Source: a virus (Duplodnaviria > Caudoviricetes). From it: a DNA stretch of 64,000 nucleotides. The stretch's first letter is position 1, and each line of letters begins with the position of its first letter. Below the pieces are notes generated by a model, which made no database searches, was not told the DNA's origin, and worked only from the letters and a program-made list of their open reading frames with translations. Positions 1-9,797 of the stretch are shown here, one piece after another. The stretch lies in the IMG/VR virus record IMGVR_UViG_3300022666_000111; one strand, written 5' to 3'. A program made the translations under genes and the position numbers.

Positions 1-59
1 TTCAGCCGGATGGTCATCCCCCATCGGCACGTCAAGCCTACAACGGTGTAGAGCCTTCG

Positions 60-443
60 TCAAGCGATCTTTCCACCGTGCCGATTCTCACGGGTCTGGT
101 TGAAGGCATCCTTTGTGGCGACGGCATAGGCTACGTCGACGTTGTGCGCTCGGGCGGTATCCAGGGCACGAATGATGATATCCGCAATCTCCTCTTCGGC
201 GCAGGTAAGGGCCGGTAGCCCTACCGCGAGCATCTTCTCGGCCTTGTCACAAGGCGCATTGAGCTTGTCCTCCCGATATGCGTCCCAGAGTTCGGTAACC
301 TCCCCGTGGAGATTTGCGATGTACCGGGACATTCCCTTGGCCTCGAGGTCAGGGTCGTGGAAACCCTTCTCGGTGGCGACGGCGTGTACGTGGTCGCGAA
401 GCGTATTGAGCGTCGCGAGGTCCTGAGCAATGAACTTCCTCAT
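60..443 (-). CDS. MazG-like nucleotide pyrophosphohydrolase
   Basis: LHGEVTELWDAYR...EEEIADIIIR acidic MazG-type motif; start reassigned to ATG 443, 8 nt after GGTGTAG (452-458, minus). Confidence 0.75.
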   Translation of the reverse strand: MRKFIAQDLATLNTLRDHVHAVATEKGFHDPDLEAKGMSRYIANLHGEVTELWDAYREDKLNAPCDKAEKMLAVGLPALTCAEEEIADIIIRALDTARAHNVDVAYAVATKDAFNQTRENRHGGKIA

Positions 444-451
444 GCCACGGT

Positions 452-473
452 CTACACCGGGACCTCGGTGTAG
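452..473. promoter_or_regulatory. Divergent pair of GGTGTAG elements (CTACACC-N8-GGTGTAG)
   Basis: Back-to-back copies between divergent genes 60..443(-) and 535..2295(+). Confidence 0.7.
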
Positions 474-493
474 ATAGACCTGTCCAGGCCGTT

Positions 494-519
494 TATGCCG
501 CTGGCCGTGGAGGATCAAC
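494..519 (-). promoter_or_regulatory. GTTGATC-N13-GGCATA element
   Basis: Exact match to the recurrent bipartite motif, oriented toward the MazG-like gene. Confidence 0.65.
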
Positions 520-534
520 CGATCGGGAGAAATA

Positions 535-2295
535 ATGGCAAAGATTACGATTCCGGACCCCATAGAAGCGGTGCGTCCCGTCTACGAGAAGTTGCGTGAA
601 ATCCGTGAATCCAAGACGATAAGTCTCAAGCCCAGCCCTTATCTCCGGGAGGAAATCACGGGGTTGGATGGGGAAAAGGTGCCCCTCAAGCTCAGGTACT
701 ACCAGTGCCAGGGGATCTATCACCTGCTGCTCATGCGGAGGATGGTCCTTGGGGATGGTACCGGCTTGGGGAAAACCCTTCAGGCCATCGGATCCGTCTG
801 CTACCTTTGGCCCAAGGAGCCCGCCAACAGGGTCATCGTCATCGCCCCAAAGAGCGCCTTGCGTCAATGGGCGGCGGAGATTCAGCGCTTCACGAAGGGC
901 GTGAGGACGTTCATCGCTTCGGGCTCGTTCGCGGAACGTGAACGAGCTTACGACGCCTTTTTCAATTCCCCGGCCGAAGAGGGTAAGCCCCGGGCTGTCT
1001 TGCTCTTGAACTACCACGTCTTCACGAGGGATTGGCGCCAGGGGCGCGTTCAGCCGCTTCTCCCCAATGGGAGGATCAACCCCAAGGCCCCTGTGACTCC
1101 GGGCTACCTTGACCGGCGCACCGCGCCCGTAGGCAAGGATCTGGTGGTCATCTTCGACGAGGCGACCGCCTTCAAGAACATGCGGACGAAGACCTGGGAA
1201 GTCTGCCGGGAGCTAAGTGACCGCGCGGGTAGGGTCTACGGGCTCACGGCAACGCTGCTCAAGAACAAGCTGGAGGAGGGATTCTCGATCTTCAAGTGCA
1301 TCCACCCCCCAGTGTTCACGACCAAGTCGGCCTTCCTCGACACCTACTGCACGGTGAAGCTGCAAAGCGTGGGGACGGCCAAGGTCCCGATCATCCTGGG
1401 CTACAAGAACCTGGACCTCTTCCGTTCCAGGATCGACCCCTTCTTCCTCGGGCGCCCCAAGCACGCGGTCTCCAATGAGCTACCGACCTTGACGACCCGG
1501 GAGATCGTCTTCGACCTCACCGATGCCGAATGCGCCAAGTACAACGAGGCCCTTACGGGGATCTTCGAGTTGGGCGACGGAGAGGTCAAGGACTACGAGG
1601 AGCACAAGGCATTCGTCAGCCTCATCTATTGCCAGCAGATCGTCAACTCCCTCTACATGCTACGGTTCCAGAAGGACGCCGGGTTCACCTCCGGCATGTT
1701 TGACGACCGCGTCCATACGATCGGCGACGTGAGCAGCAAGGAACAGGAGCTGATCGACCTCATCAGCGAAGACCTTGATGGTGAAAAGGTCATCGTCTAC
1801 ACACGATTCGAGTCGCATGTTGGGCGGCTCGTCAAGCTCCTCGCCAACGCCGGGATCAAGAGCGTACGCATCACGGGGGCTGAGAAGGACAAGGAGCGGA
1901 AGGCATCGCAGGATGCCTTCCAGGACCTCAAGAGTGACACCCGCGTCGTCTTCATCACGGCGGCTGGATCCGAGGCCATCAACCTCCAGGCGGCCTCTGC
2001 CCTCGTGTTCTTCGACTCCCCTTGGTCCTGGGGCGAGTACGTCCAGATCATTGGGCGTATGATTCGCATCGGATCACCCCACACGGGTGTCCTCGTGTAC
2101 CACCTTGTAGCAGAACGTGTAGCTGACACGGCGGACGACCGGCATACGATCGACCTTCACATCTTGCGAACCCTGCGGACGAAGAAGAACCTGATCGATC
2201 GGGTCATTGGTGAAGCTGCCGTGGGGGCGCTTGAATTCGAGGCGGAGGGCTCAACCGTCAAGGACTTGCTGCGGCGGGTCAAAGGCGCGGTGTAG
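535..2295 (+). CDS. SNF2-family (SF2) helicase/ATPase
   Basis: GDGTGLGKT Walker A, FDEAT, LTAT, GSEAINLQ and QIIGRMIRIG motifs. Confidence 0.9.
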   Translation: MAKITIPDPIEAVRPVYEKLREIRESKTISLKPSPYLREEITGLDGEKVPLKLRYYQCQGIYHLLLMRRMVLGDGTGLGKTLQAIGSVCYLWPKEPANRVIVIAPKSALRQWAAEIQRFTKGVRTFIASGSFAERERAYDAFFNSPAEEGKPRAVLLLNYHVFTRDWRQGRVQPLLPNGRINPKAPVTPGYLDRRTAPVGKDLVVIFDEATAFKNMRTKTWEVCRELSDRAGRVYGLTATLLKNKLEEGFSIFKCIHPPVFTTKSAFLDTYCTVKLQSVGTAKVPIILGYKNLDLFRSRIDPFFLGRPKHAVSNELPTLTTREIVFDLTDAECAKYNEALTGIFELGDGEVKDYEEHKAFVSLIYCQQIVNSLYMLRFQKDAGFTSGMFDDRVHTIGDVSSKEQELIDLISEDLDGEKVIVYTRFESHVGRLVKLLANAGIKSVRITGAEKDKERKASQDAFQDLKSDTRVVFITAAGSEAINLQAASALVFFDSPWSWGEYVQIIGRMIRIGSPHTGVLVYHLVAERVADTADDRHTIDLHILRTLRTKKNLIDRVIGEAAVGALEFEAEGSTVKDLLRRVKGAV

Positions 2296-2303
2296 GCATG
2301 AGC

Positions 2304-3134
2304 ATGGCTGTTTGCCCGCATTGCAAAGATACTGGGTGGGTCGCTGTTGATGACACCACCCGACGCAAGTGCATCTGCGCCTACGCCAAGGAGCTAAAAG
2401 AGCACCTGGGAAAGGAGATCGCTTATGCAAGAACCCTGGAGCAGTCACCGCTCTTCGTGCCTGGTAAGGATGACCTCACGGAGGACGACCTCTTCATCAA
2501 GTGTGACTGGCCCAAGCTATTACCCCATCTCAAGTGGACGCTGACCTTCAAGACGCTGGCCTTCAAGTTCGTGATCGTCACGGACGAGAAGATTAAGACC
2601 GTCTACCTTGGAGCGGAATCCTATGCGGCCCGCGCCAAAGGGCTGCGTGACGACGTGTCCACGTACAACTGCCTAGCCGACCTCATTGGCTCGCAGTATG
2701 ACCTTGTGATCATCAAGCTAGGGAACCTTGGCTACCCCAACAAGGCCATGCCAGGGATCCTTAAGGAGGCGCTTCTACTTCGAGAGGCCCTTGGAAAGAC
2801 TACCTGGTTGATCGAGGAATCCGATAAGGTCTTCGGTCCGGGCAACTTCTCGTACAGCCCGGATCTGCACACCTACATCCAAGAGAATTTTACGGTTGTA
2901 GCATTAGAGGGAGAGGCGCGACACGTCCCGCCGCCGAAAGCGGTGACGGCCCCAAGAAAAGCGGAACCCATTGAGGACGTCTCGTTGGATGATCCTCCCG
3001 AAGAGGCCCCTGTAGCGGCAACAGAGTCCGCATTCAAGGACCTTGACTGGGATATTGTTGCGGGAGGAAGTCCCAAGCGTTCCAAAGGTGGGTGGAAGCC
3101 TAAGAAGCGCCCAAGTGGTGGAGGACCGATCTGA
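2304..3134 (+). CDS. Zn-finger protein, degenerate DnaC/IstB-like helicase loader
   Basis: N-terminal CPHCKDTGW...CIC typical of phage loaders; adjacent to DnaB-like gene; no clear Walker A. Confidence 0.5.
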   Translation: MAVCPHCKDTGWVAVDDTTRRKCICAYAKELKEHLGKEIAYARTLEQSPLFVPGKDDLTEDDLFIKCDWPKLLPHLKWTLTFKTLAFKFVIVTDEKIKTVYLGAESYAARAKGLRDDVSTYNCLADLIGSQYDLVIIKLGNLGYPNKAMPGILKEALLLREALGKTTWLIEESDKVFGPGNFSYSPDLHTYIQENFTVVALEGEARHVPPPKAVTAPRKAEPIEDVSLDDPPEEAPVAATESAFKDLDWDIVAGGSPKRSKGGWKPKKRPSGGGPI

Positions 3135-4594
3135 TGAAGCGTATTTTAAGGTCTCTGATCGACTACAATGGCTCTATTCCGCAGGATGCCTTGGCGTCGA
3201 ACTACCAGCGTGTCGTTAGCTCCAACATCGAATGGACCCGCCCGGACGAGGATCGCATCTTCCAATTTCTCAAGTCATACTTTCAGCAGCGCCTTGAGAT
3301 GCCTCACGTCCAGACGGTCACGGATTACTTCGAGAAGATGGGCGACCTTGAGGTCACCGAGCGCCTCAAGGACATCGCGGCGGCTCCGTCGTACACCCGG
3401 AGCAACTTCTCACACCTCTTGAAGGAGCAGCTTGAGGCGCAAAACCAGATCAAGGCTATCGCGCACCTCAAGGAAGCCCACGAGATGATCGTCAAGGGCG
3501 TCACCGTAGGGGGCGTCCGTAAGCAAGGCGTCCGCGATGCCCTCTTGTACTTCACGGAGAAGGCCAACCAGCTCATCATTCCAGAAGCAAATGCTAAGGT
3601 TCGCGGCAACATCCGTGAGGACGGTCAAGCCGTGTGGGACGAGTACCAACGCGCCAAAGGTGACCAATCCAAGGCGTGGGGGCGCTTCACGGGGCTCAAC
3701 AACATCGACACGATCTGCCGGGGTATTAAGAAGGGTGAGCTTTGGATTCACGCGGCCTTTGCCGGGGAGCTGAAGACGACCTTCGCGACCAATTGGTGCT
3801 ACAACCTCATCACACGCTACCGTTCCAATCTCTTCTACGGCTCCCTGGAGATGAAGTACGAGCACATCCGGCGCTTGATCTACGTCATACACTCGGCCAA
3901 CGCGCGATTCCGGGCCATGGGCTACGCCCCGCTTGATTACCGAAAGGTCCGCGACGGTGAGCTAACCCCCGAGGAGGAGGTCTACTACCAGCTTGTCATC
4001 AAGGACTTCGTCGAGAACCCCGAGTACTGTGACTTCGAAACCTGGGCGCCCGATCGCGACATCACGGTTGATGATATGAAGATCGAGGCCGAGATCCTTC
4101 ACCAACGCAAGGAGATCGGCATGGTGGTCATTGACCACGGCGGCTTGGCGGAAGCCCGGAAGGCCAAGCGCAACAAGGACTACGGCGTCGAGCTGAACAG
4201 CGTCATCCGTGACGCTAAGAAGTTCGCGCTACAATTCAATCACGGTGAAGGCATCCCGGTCCTTCTCCTCTTCCAGATCAACCGTGACGGAAAGGACTAC
4301 GCGGACAAGAACAACGGGGAGTACAAGATGCGGGCGCTAAGTTACGCCAACGAGGCGGAGCGTTCGGCCGACGTCATCACGACGACCTACCTCAATGCGG
4401 ACTACAGGGAGCACAACGTCACCAAGTTCTGCTGCCTCAAGAACCGTGACAATCCCCTCTTCGACCCCTTCGAAGCTGCCGTGGACTTCACAACCCGCCG
4501 CATCTTCAACGCGGACCCCTATGCGGGAGCTGACGGGCGCGGAATCTCGGTTGACGACAACCGACAAATCATGGACGTTATGATGACGGTGTAA
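3134..4594 (+). CDS. dnaB: DnaB-like replicative helicase
   Basis: TGLNNIDTICRGIKKGEL, AAFAGELKTT (Walker A variant), SLEM, VIDH, QINR, ERSAD, KNRD. Confidence 0.8.
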   Translation: MKRILRSLIDYNGSIPQDALASNYQRVVSSNIEWTRPDEDRIFQFLKSYFQQRLEMPHVQTVTDYFEKMGDLEVTERLKDIAAAPSYTRSNFSHLLKEQLEAQNQIKAIAHLKEAHEMIVKGVTVGGVRKQGVRDALLYFTEKANQLIIPEANAKVRGNIREDGQAVWDEYQRAKGDQSKAWGRFTGLNNIDTICRGIKKGELWIHAAFAGELKTTFATNWCYNLITRYRSNLFYGSLEMKYEHIRRLIYVIHSANARFRAMGYAPLDYRKVRDGELTPEEEVYYQLVIKDFVENPEYCDFETWAPDRDITVDDMKIEAEILHQRKEIGMVVIDHGGLAEARKAKRNKDYGVELNSVIRDAKKFALQFNHGEGIPVLLLFQINRDGKDYADKNNGEYKMRALSYANEAERSADVITTTYLNADYREHNVTKFCCLKNRDNPLFDPFEAAVDFTTRRIFNADPYAGADGRGISVDDNRQIMDVMMTV

Positions 4595-4596
4595 TC

Positions 4597-4959
4597 ATGT
4601 TCATTGGTAGCTTAGTGAATCAGACGGTACGATTGCGGATGGCTTATGATTGCCAGCACGATTGGCAGTACTACAACGCAACCGAGGATCAGTGTTCGAA
4701 GTGTCGCGTTATCGCGACGGAGGAGGGGAAGCGGACCCTGGCAGCTATGGCGGCACGCTTCCATGGGCTTCCGGTCGGTGTAGAAGCTGACCATGCCCCG
4801 GGACTTTCGGCGAGAAGCCGAACAGGAAAGCAGTCAGCGGAAGCTTCAACAAGCCTGGATTCAGGAACGTGTCGCTGCGATTCGGGCGACGGTGAGCGCC
4901 TACGATGTTCTCCGCAGGTTCGGAGTGAAGCTCCAACATGCGGGGGAGACCCGCATTGA
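4597..4959 (+). CDS. Possible small Cys/His protein
   Basis: CQHDW...CSKC motif; overlaps the next gene, so boundaries are uncertain. Confidence 0.3.
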   Translation: MFIGSLVNQTVRLRMAYDCQHDWQYYNATEDQCSKCRVIATEEGKRTLAAMAARFHGLPVGVEADHAPGLSARSRTGKQSAEASTSLDSGTCRCDSGDGERLRCSPQVRSEAPTCGGDPH

Positions 4960-5428
4960 GCAGTTCTCCTGCCCCTTTCACGGTAAAGACTCAAAGCCCT
5001 CGGCCCGGCTATACCCCGCTGGGCCTACGGGGCCGTCTCACGCTTGGTGCTTCGTTTGCCAAGAGCGCTGGGACGCCATAGCCCTCTGGCGCAAGTTCAA
5101 CGACCCTACGGCCCCCTTCACCCGGTCTCTTGCCGAGATCGAGCGGACTTACGGGATCCACGCGCCCGAAATGCCGAACCTCGGCGACATTCGTGCATCA
5201 ATCCGCGAGCAAGAGTTCGAGGAGCTTCAAAGCCTCTTGGATGTGGCTGAACGACGGCTCATGGGCGCCCGTGACGACTTCGACATGAAAGCCTACCTCA
5301 CCATCGGATCCGTCTTGGACAAGCTCCATACCCGGATCGAGAAGGGGACCATCACCGCCGAGGTTACCCGCGCCACCATCCGGAAGATTCTCGATAAGAT
5401 CGGAGAGCGATGCCGCGCCGCGTCTTAG
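4793..5428 (+). CDS. CHC2 zinc-finger protein (DnaG-like Zn-binding domain, no TOPRIM)
   Basis: CPFH.KD.KPS...WCFVC; GGTGTAG at 4777-4783, 9 nt upstream. Confidence 0.75.
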   Translation: MPRDFRREAEQESSQRKLQQAWIQERVAAIRATVSAYDVLRRFGVKLQHAGETRIEQFSCPFHGKDSKPSARLYPAGPTGPSHAWCFVCQERWDAIALWRKFNDPTAPFTRSLAEIERTYGIHAPEMPNLGDIRASIREQEFEELQSLLDVAERRLMGARDDFDMKAYLTIGSVLDKLHTRIEKGTITAEVTRATIRKILDKIGERCRAAS

Positions 5429-5835
5429 TGAACATCCGGGAGATGGGGCAGATCGAATTGCTCCTTGTTCGGATGGAGGGGGGCTGTTGGGAGCCGGAGT
5501 GGGAGGCTCTGCGCGAGACACCCATAGCGGGGCTGCTTCCGGTCGTTACCCGACAAGATATAGAGCACGCCCTCAAGGGATACACTCGCCCGCTATACCG
5601 TGGGCTGGGTTTGCCTCCTGACGGGGCGTTACGCAAGCTGCCCAAGGACGCCAAGGAGTGCCGTGAAAGGCGCTCCTGTCGCCTGTGGCGGCCCGAGGAG
5701 TGTCACCCCGTGGCGAAAGCCATGCCCTGGTGTTTTCAACCGGACGCCTTGCCCTTGAAGGCAGCCGAGGTGATTCAGTTATGGCGAGAGAAGACCTACA
5801 TCGTCATAACCCTTGAGGAGGATCAGAATGCCTGA
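5410..5835 (+). CDS. Hypothetical Cys-rich protein
   Basis: ORF coupled to neighbours in the replication block. Confidence 0.55.
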   Translation: MPRRVLVNIREMGQIELLLVRMEGGCWEPEWEALRETPIAGLLPVVTRQDIEHALKGYTRPLYRGLGLPPDGALRKLPKDAKECRERRSCRLWRPEECHPVAKAMPWCFQPDALPLKAAEVIQLWREKTYIVITLEEDQNA

Positions 5836-8647
5836 TGTACTAGATTGGGAAGGTAGCTTCGACGTCGAAGCCTTGCTGGATGACAGCGTCCCCGTGGCGT
5901 CAAATCCCCCACCCCCTGCGGCTGATCCACCCCCTATGGTCAGCCGTCAGATGGCCCCCGCTACATCATCGGATTCCGATGACGACGCAGCATACTTCCT
6001 CTCCATAATGCAAACGGAGAGGGAGGTCCCCAATCCCGAGAAGCCTTGGATGAAGCATCACAAGTTCGTCCTGGTCACCTCGGTTGATCAGATCAACCAG
6101 ATCGTGGATAGCGCCATCGCGGCTGGCAAGTGCGCCCTCGACCTTGAAACCGAGGGGTTGGACAACCGCATCAACTACGACGCGAATGGCGCCCCTCAGA
6201 CAGTCCATCAGATCGTAGGCTATTGCTTGTCCTATGACGGGCACACGGGTTACTACGTCCCCGTGGGGCACCGTGTCATCGAGGGCGAGGATAACCCCAA
6301 CCTCCCTCGCGACGAGGTTAACGCTGCGATCCGCCGCCTTTGCATCGCCGCGCAGCCGGTCATGGACCCAAGTGATCCTGACCCCCTTGGAGGTAAGACA
6401 TGGCTCGAGCCCCCCAAGGTCATCATCGGGTTCTGGCACGCCAAGTTCGACCAGGAGTTCCTCTACCCCGTGACAGGGATCGACTTCTGGCACCCCGACT
6501 CCTTCCACGACGGCTACCTTGCGTCATTCGTCCTCTACACGAATGACGTCCTCGGCCTCAAAGAAAAGGCGGCGGAAAAGCTCCGGGATCCTGACGGTAA
6601 CCCTTACGAGATGATCAAGCTCCAAGAGCTATTCATCCGGGGGCGTGACATCGAATTCGCAGAGCTTGACCCCCGTGAGGAGGGTGTGGTCAAGTACGCT
6701 TGTTCTGACGGCATCTGCACCTACAAGCTATGCTTCGAGAGCGACATCCCCACCCGCGTCGCGGACAAGAAGTTCACCGGGATCTATCGGCTCGAGAAGC
6801 AGGTCTCCCAGGTCATCCGCGTTATGGAGCGCAACCGCGTCAAGATAGACAAGGCCGAGGTCCAGCGGGTTATGCTGGAGGCCCAGGCCGAACGCGACGA
6901 GTATGAGCGGAAGATCCAAGCCTTGGCTGAGAGTAAGGGGTTCCACAACTTCAACCCAGGCTCGACCAAGCAGCTCTCCGATTTCCTCTTCGGTGAAGAC
7001 GGGCTCAACCTCACCCCCAAGCCCGAGAAGAATGAGAAGAGCGGCAACTACAAGACGGACGCCAAGACGCTTGAGGGGCTCATCGAAGACCTCCCGGAGG
7101 ATGAGGCCAAGGACAACGTCCTCGTGTGGATCGTCAAGCACCGGCAGATCGACAAGATCCTCGGGACGTATTTGACCAACATGGTCAACAACACGGACGA
7201 GCTTGACCAGCTCCGGTTCCAATTCAACCAGACCGGGGCTGCTACGGGGCGATTCTCAGCCCCTGCGGGCGACCCGGCCCACGGCTACGGCGGCGTACCA
7301 CCCCAGGGCATCCCAAGCCGATCGGACCCCAAGAGGCCCAAGTGCGCCAACAGTCTCCGGCGAACGTTCGTCGCTCGGGCGGGCTACACGCTGGCCAAGT
7401 GTGACTACGCCGGTCAAGAGCTACGCGTCGTTACGAACCTCTCTGGTGAGCCCGTTTGGATGAAGGAGTTCATCGAGGGTGACGGTGACCTCCACAGCAT
7501 CACGGCTCGAGCCTTCTTCGGCAAGGAGGATGTCACAAGCGAGGAGCGTGGCGCCGGTAAGCGCGCCAACTTCGCCCTGGTCTACGGAGGCGGCCCGGCA
7601 GCCATCATGCGCGCCACCGGCTGCAACAAGATCGAAGGCAAGCGCCGCAAGCAAGCCTTCGATAAGGCCGTTCCGACCTTCGCCAAGTGGGTTGAGAACC
7701 AGCACAAGAGCGTCAAGAAGGAGCTGGGGGTTTGCACGGCCTTCGGACGGTGGCTCGCTATCCCTGACGCCAACAGCCCCGACCACCAAATCCAGGCCGC
7801 TTGCGAACGATACTCGACGAACTACCCGATCCAGGGCTCAGGCTCCGACATCATGAAGATCTCGCTCGTGAAGATGCACAAGGAATTCACGAAGCGTGGT
7901 TGGCTCAAGGTAGGCGGGGACGATTCGGTTCGGATGCTTTTGACGGTTCACGACGAGGTGGTCTTCGAGATTCGGCATGACCTTGTGCCGATCGTCATCC
8001 CGGTCATTGTTGAGATCATGGAGTCACCGACCTTCATGGCGCGGCCTGCTTGGAAGGTCCCGCTGGTTGTAGAGCCGCTTCTCGGGCTTGCCTGGGACGG
8101 CAAGTATGACTGGGGCAAGATGCGGCATGGGCGCAAGGCGAAGCCCAATGAGCAGCCGAAAGAGAAGGAGTACGCGGTTGAGGATCGGATCTACCAGTGT
8201 GTTCCACCATGGCTCACTGACATTCTTGCTTTCAAGGGAGGTCATCTTGTGAAGCCTGGCACCGATGAGCTGCCCGAAGCCCCGAGCCCTGCGGTTGTAG
8301 AGGCCATCGCCAATGCGGTAGCGTCCGTCCCGGTCAAACCCGCAGAGGTCAAACCTACGTCGGCCCCGCCCCCGGCTGTGCCGCCTCCGCCCGCGCCCGT
8401 AGCAACACAGGATGGGGGGCTTGCGGAGTTTTGCATCGAGACCCTGACGCGCAACACGGCCAGGATCGTGAGCGTTGTTTGTATGGAGGCTCGGGATGTC
8501 GACGCGGGCAAGGTTCTGCGCCTGGTGGACATCCATGGCAATCTGCTGGTGGACCCGCGCCTCCAAATCCGCGTAGACCCTGACCATTTCCTCCGGGAGA
8601 TGCGAAAGTACAACCTTGGAGTTGGCAGAATCCTCGGGAAGAGCTAA
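5828..8647 (+). CDS. polA: Family A DNA polymerase (3'-5' exonuclease + polymerase, no 5' nuclease)
   Basis: ExoI DLETEG, ExoII HAKFD, ExoIII YACSD; ATGRFS; motif A DYAGQELR, motif B RGAGKRANFALVYG, motif C TVHDEV. Confidence 0.95.
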   Translation: MPDVLDWEGSFDVEALLDDSVPVASNPPPPAADPPPMVSRQMAPATSSDSDDDAAYFLSIMQTEREVPNPEKPWMKHHKFVLVTSVDQINQIVDSAIAAGKCALDLETEGLDNRINYDANGAPQTVHQIVGYCLSYDGHTGYYVPVGHRVIEGEDNPNLPRDEVNAAIRRLCIAAQPVMDPSDPDPLGGKTWLEPPKVIIGFWHAKFDQEFLYPVTGIDFWHPDSFHDGYLASFVLYTNDVLGLKEKAAEKLRDPDGNPYEMIKLQELFIRGRDIEFAELDPREEGVVKYACSDGICTYKLCFESDIPTRVADKKFTGIYRLEKQVSQVIRVMERNRVKIDKAEVQRVMLEAQAERDEYERKIQALAESKGFHNFNPGSTKQLSDFLFGEDGLNLTPKPEKNEKSGNYKTDAKTLEGLIEDLPEDEAKDNVLVWIVKHRQIDKILGTYLTNMVNNTDELDQLRFQFNQTGAATGRFSAPAGDPAHGYGGVPPQGIPSRSDPKRPKCANSLRRTFVARAGYTLAKCDYAGQELRVVTNLSGEPVWMKEFIEGDGDLHSITARAFFGKEDVTSEERGAGKRANFALVYGGGPAAIMRATGCNKIEGKRRKQAFDKAVPTFAKWVENQHKSVKKELGVCTAFGRWLAIPDANSPDHQIQAACERYSTNYPIQGSGSDIMKISLVKMHKEFTKRGWLKVGGDDSVRMLLTVHDEVVFEIRHDLVPIVIPVIVEIMESPTFMARPAWKVPLVVEPLLGLAWDGKYDWGKMRHGRKAKPNEQPKEKEYAVEDRIYQCVPPWLTDILAFKGGHLVKPGTDELPEAPSPAVVEAIANAVASVPVKPAEVKPTSAPPPAVPPPPAPVATQDGGLAEFCIETLTRNTARIVSVVCMEARDVDAGKVLRLVDIHGNLLVDPRLQIRVDPDHFLREMRKYNLGVGRILGKS

Positions 8648-8659
8648 CTTGAGGTGGCA

Positions 8660-9139
8660 ATGAGTGACTTCATCACGGAATGCAACGAGTACAAGGTCCC
8701 TGAACAGGACTTCGTTGGGGCGTGGTGTTCACGATGTCGCCGTGAGGATTGTGTTCGGAGCAGCCAAGGGACGAGCCGCTTTGACGTGCGTACCAAGACG
8801 TGGCAAGAGCGGCTCTTCACCAAGGTCCCGAAGCTGCCCGAAACCGATCCTCGCTTCCCTGGGATTGCTGCCAAGATGTTTCAGGAGACGGACAAGACCG
8901 TGCAAGCGCATGGATGGGATGCCCCTCCGCCGCCAATGCCTGAACCATCTCAAGTAGAATCGCCTCCGCCCGCGCCGGTTTCTGTGGGGCAATACACGAG
9001 GGCGCCCAATCAATCGGGGCGTGTCTTAGGCACGGCCCCGGCCGGTTGGACCCCGAAGGAAGCTGTTATTCGACCTGGGACCCGCATCAAACTTGGTGGT
9101 GGCGGTGTAGGAGAGGGCAGCGACGGAAGTAAGGCATAG
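8660..9139 (+). CDS. Hypothetical protein (CxxCxxxxC, Pro-rich tail)
   Basis: ORF with SD GAGGTG. Confidence 0.6.
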   Translation: MSDFITECNEYKVPEQDFVGAWCSRCRREDCVRSSQGTSRFDVRTKTWQERLFTKVPKLPETDPRFPGIAAKMFQETDKTVQAHGWDAPPPPMPEPSQVESPPPAPVSVGQYTRAPNQSGRVLGTAPAGWTPKEAVIRPGTRIKLGGGGVGEGSDGSKA

Positions 9140-9151
9140 GAGACCATCACC

Positions 9152-9334
9152 ATGGGTATGCGATTCAAGGCAGTCATTAGGAAAGACGGCAAGGTTGTGA
9201 CCGAGGTACTGGAGCGCGGTGAGCACCTCTGCACCGAGGTCTACAAGGTCACCAACGCGATCGGCAAGCAGCTATCGGACGAACACACTGGCCCAGAAGG
9301 GGACCGTGTTGAGGAGATCAACGGAGGGAGCTGA
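9152..9334 (+). CDS. DUF2997-family small protein
   Basis: IRKDGKVVTEV...C pattern; context next to DUF1257 and AAA genes. Confidence 0.65.
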   Translation: MGMRFKAVIRKDGKVVTEVLERGEHLCTEVYKVTNAIGKQLSDEHTGPEGDRVEEINGGS

Positions 9335-9380
9335 GAACGCGCCTCGACCCCCCACAACGTCAGTCACAGGAGAGTGGATC

Positions 9381-9707
9381 ATGTCACGAAGAGTTACCAC
9401 CAAGACCGAGATCAAGGACAAGGCGCTGGCCGAACAGGCGCTCAAGCTCGCCAACATGCACTACCGGGATGAAGGCGACGCGCTTTACATCACCTCGGGT
9501 GCCCTCGCGAACGCACGCATCAACCTCACCACGGGTGAGATCAGCGGCGACACGGACTACCGCCATAGCCAGGAGAGCCTTGGGGCGATCCGGCAATTCT
9601 ATGGTGAGGCGAAGTACCGCCAGGAATGCTTGCGACAGGGCATCACGATCGAATCCCGGACCGTCAATCGTGAGGGGGACATCGAGCTGGTCTGCATGAC
9701 GGCCTGA
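9381..9707 (+). CDS. DUF1257 (Ycf35-like) protein
   Basis: MSRRVTTKTEIKD..L..AL N-terminus, C-terminal EGDIELV; SD AGGAG. Confidence 0.65.
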   Translation: MSRRVTTKTEIKDKALAEQALKLANMHYRDEGDALYITSGALANARINLTTGEISGDTDYRHSQESLGAIRQFYGEAKYRQECLRQGITIESRTVNREGDIELVCMTA

Positions 9708-9730
9708 TCCCATCATCGACGGTGTCGTAA

Positions 9731-9760
9731 CGAAGCCCGCGCAAAAGATCGCGGGCTTCG
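9731..9760. terminator. GC-rich hairpin (terminator or processing site)
   Basis: CGAAGCCCGCG / CGCGGGCTTCG, 11-bp stem with 8-nt loop; no clear U-tract. Confidence 0.5.
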
Positions 9761-9797
9761 GTCTATCTGGTGTAGCAGTTGCTAGGAGAAAACAGCA

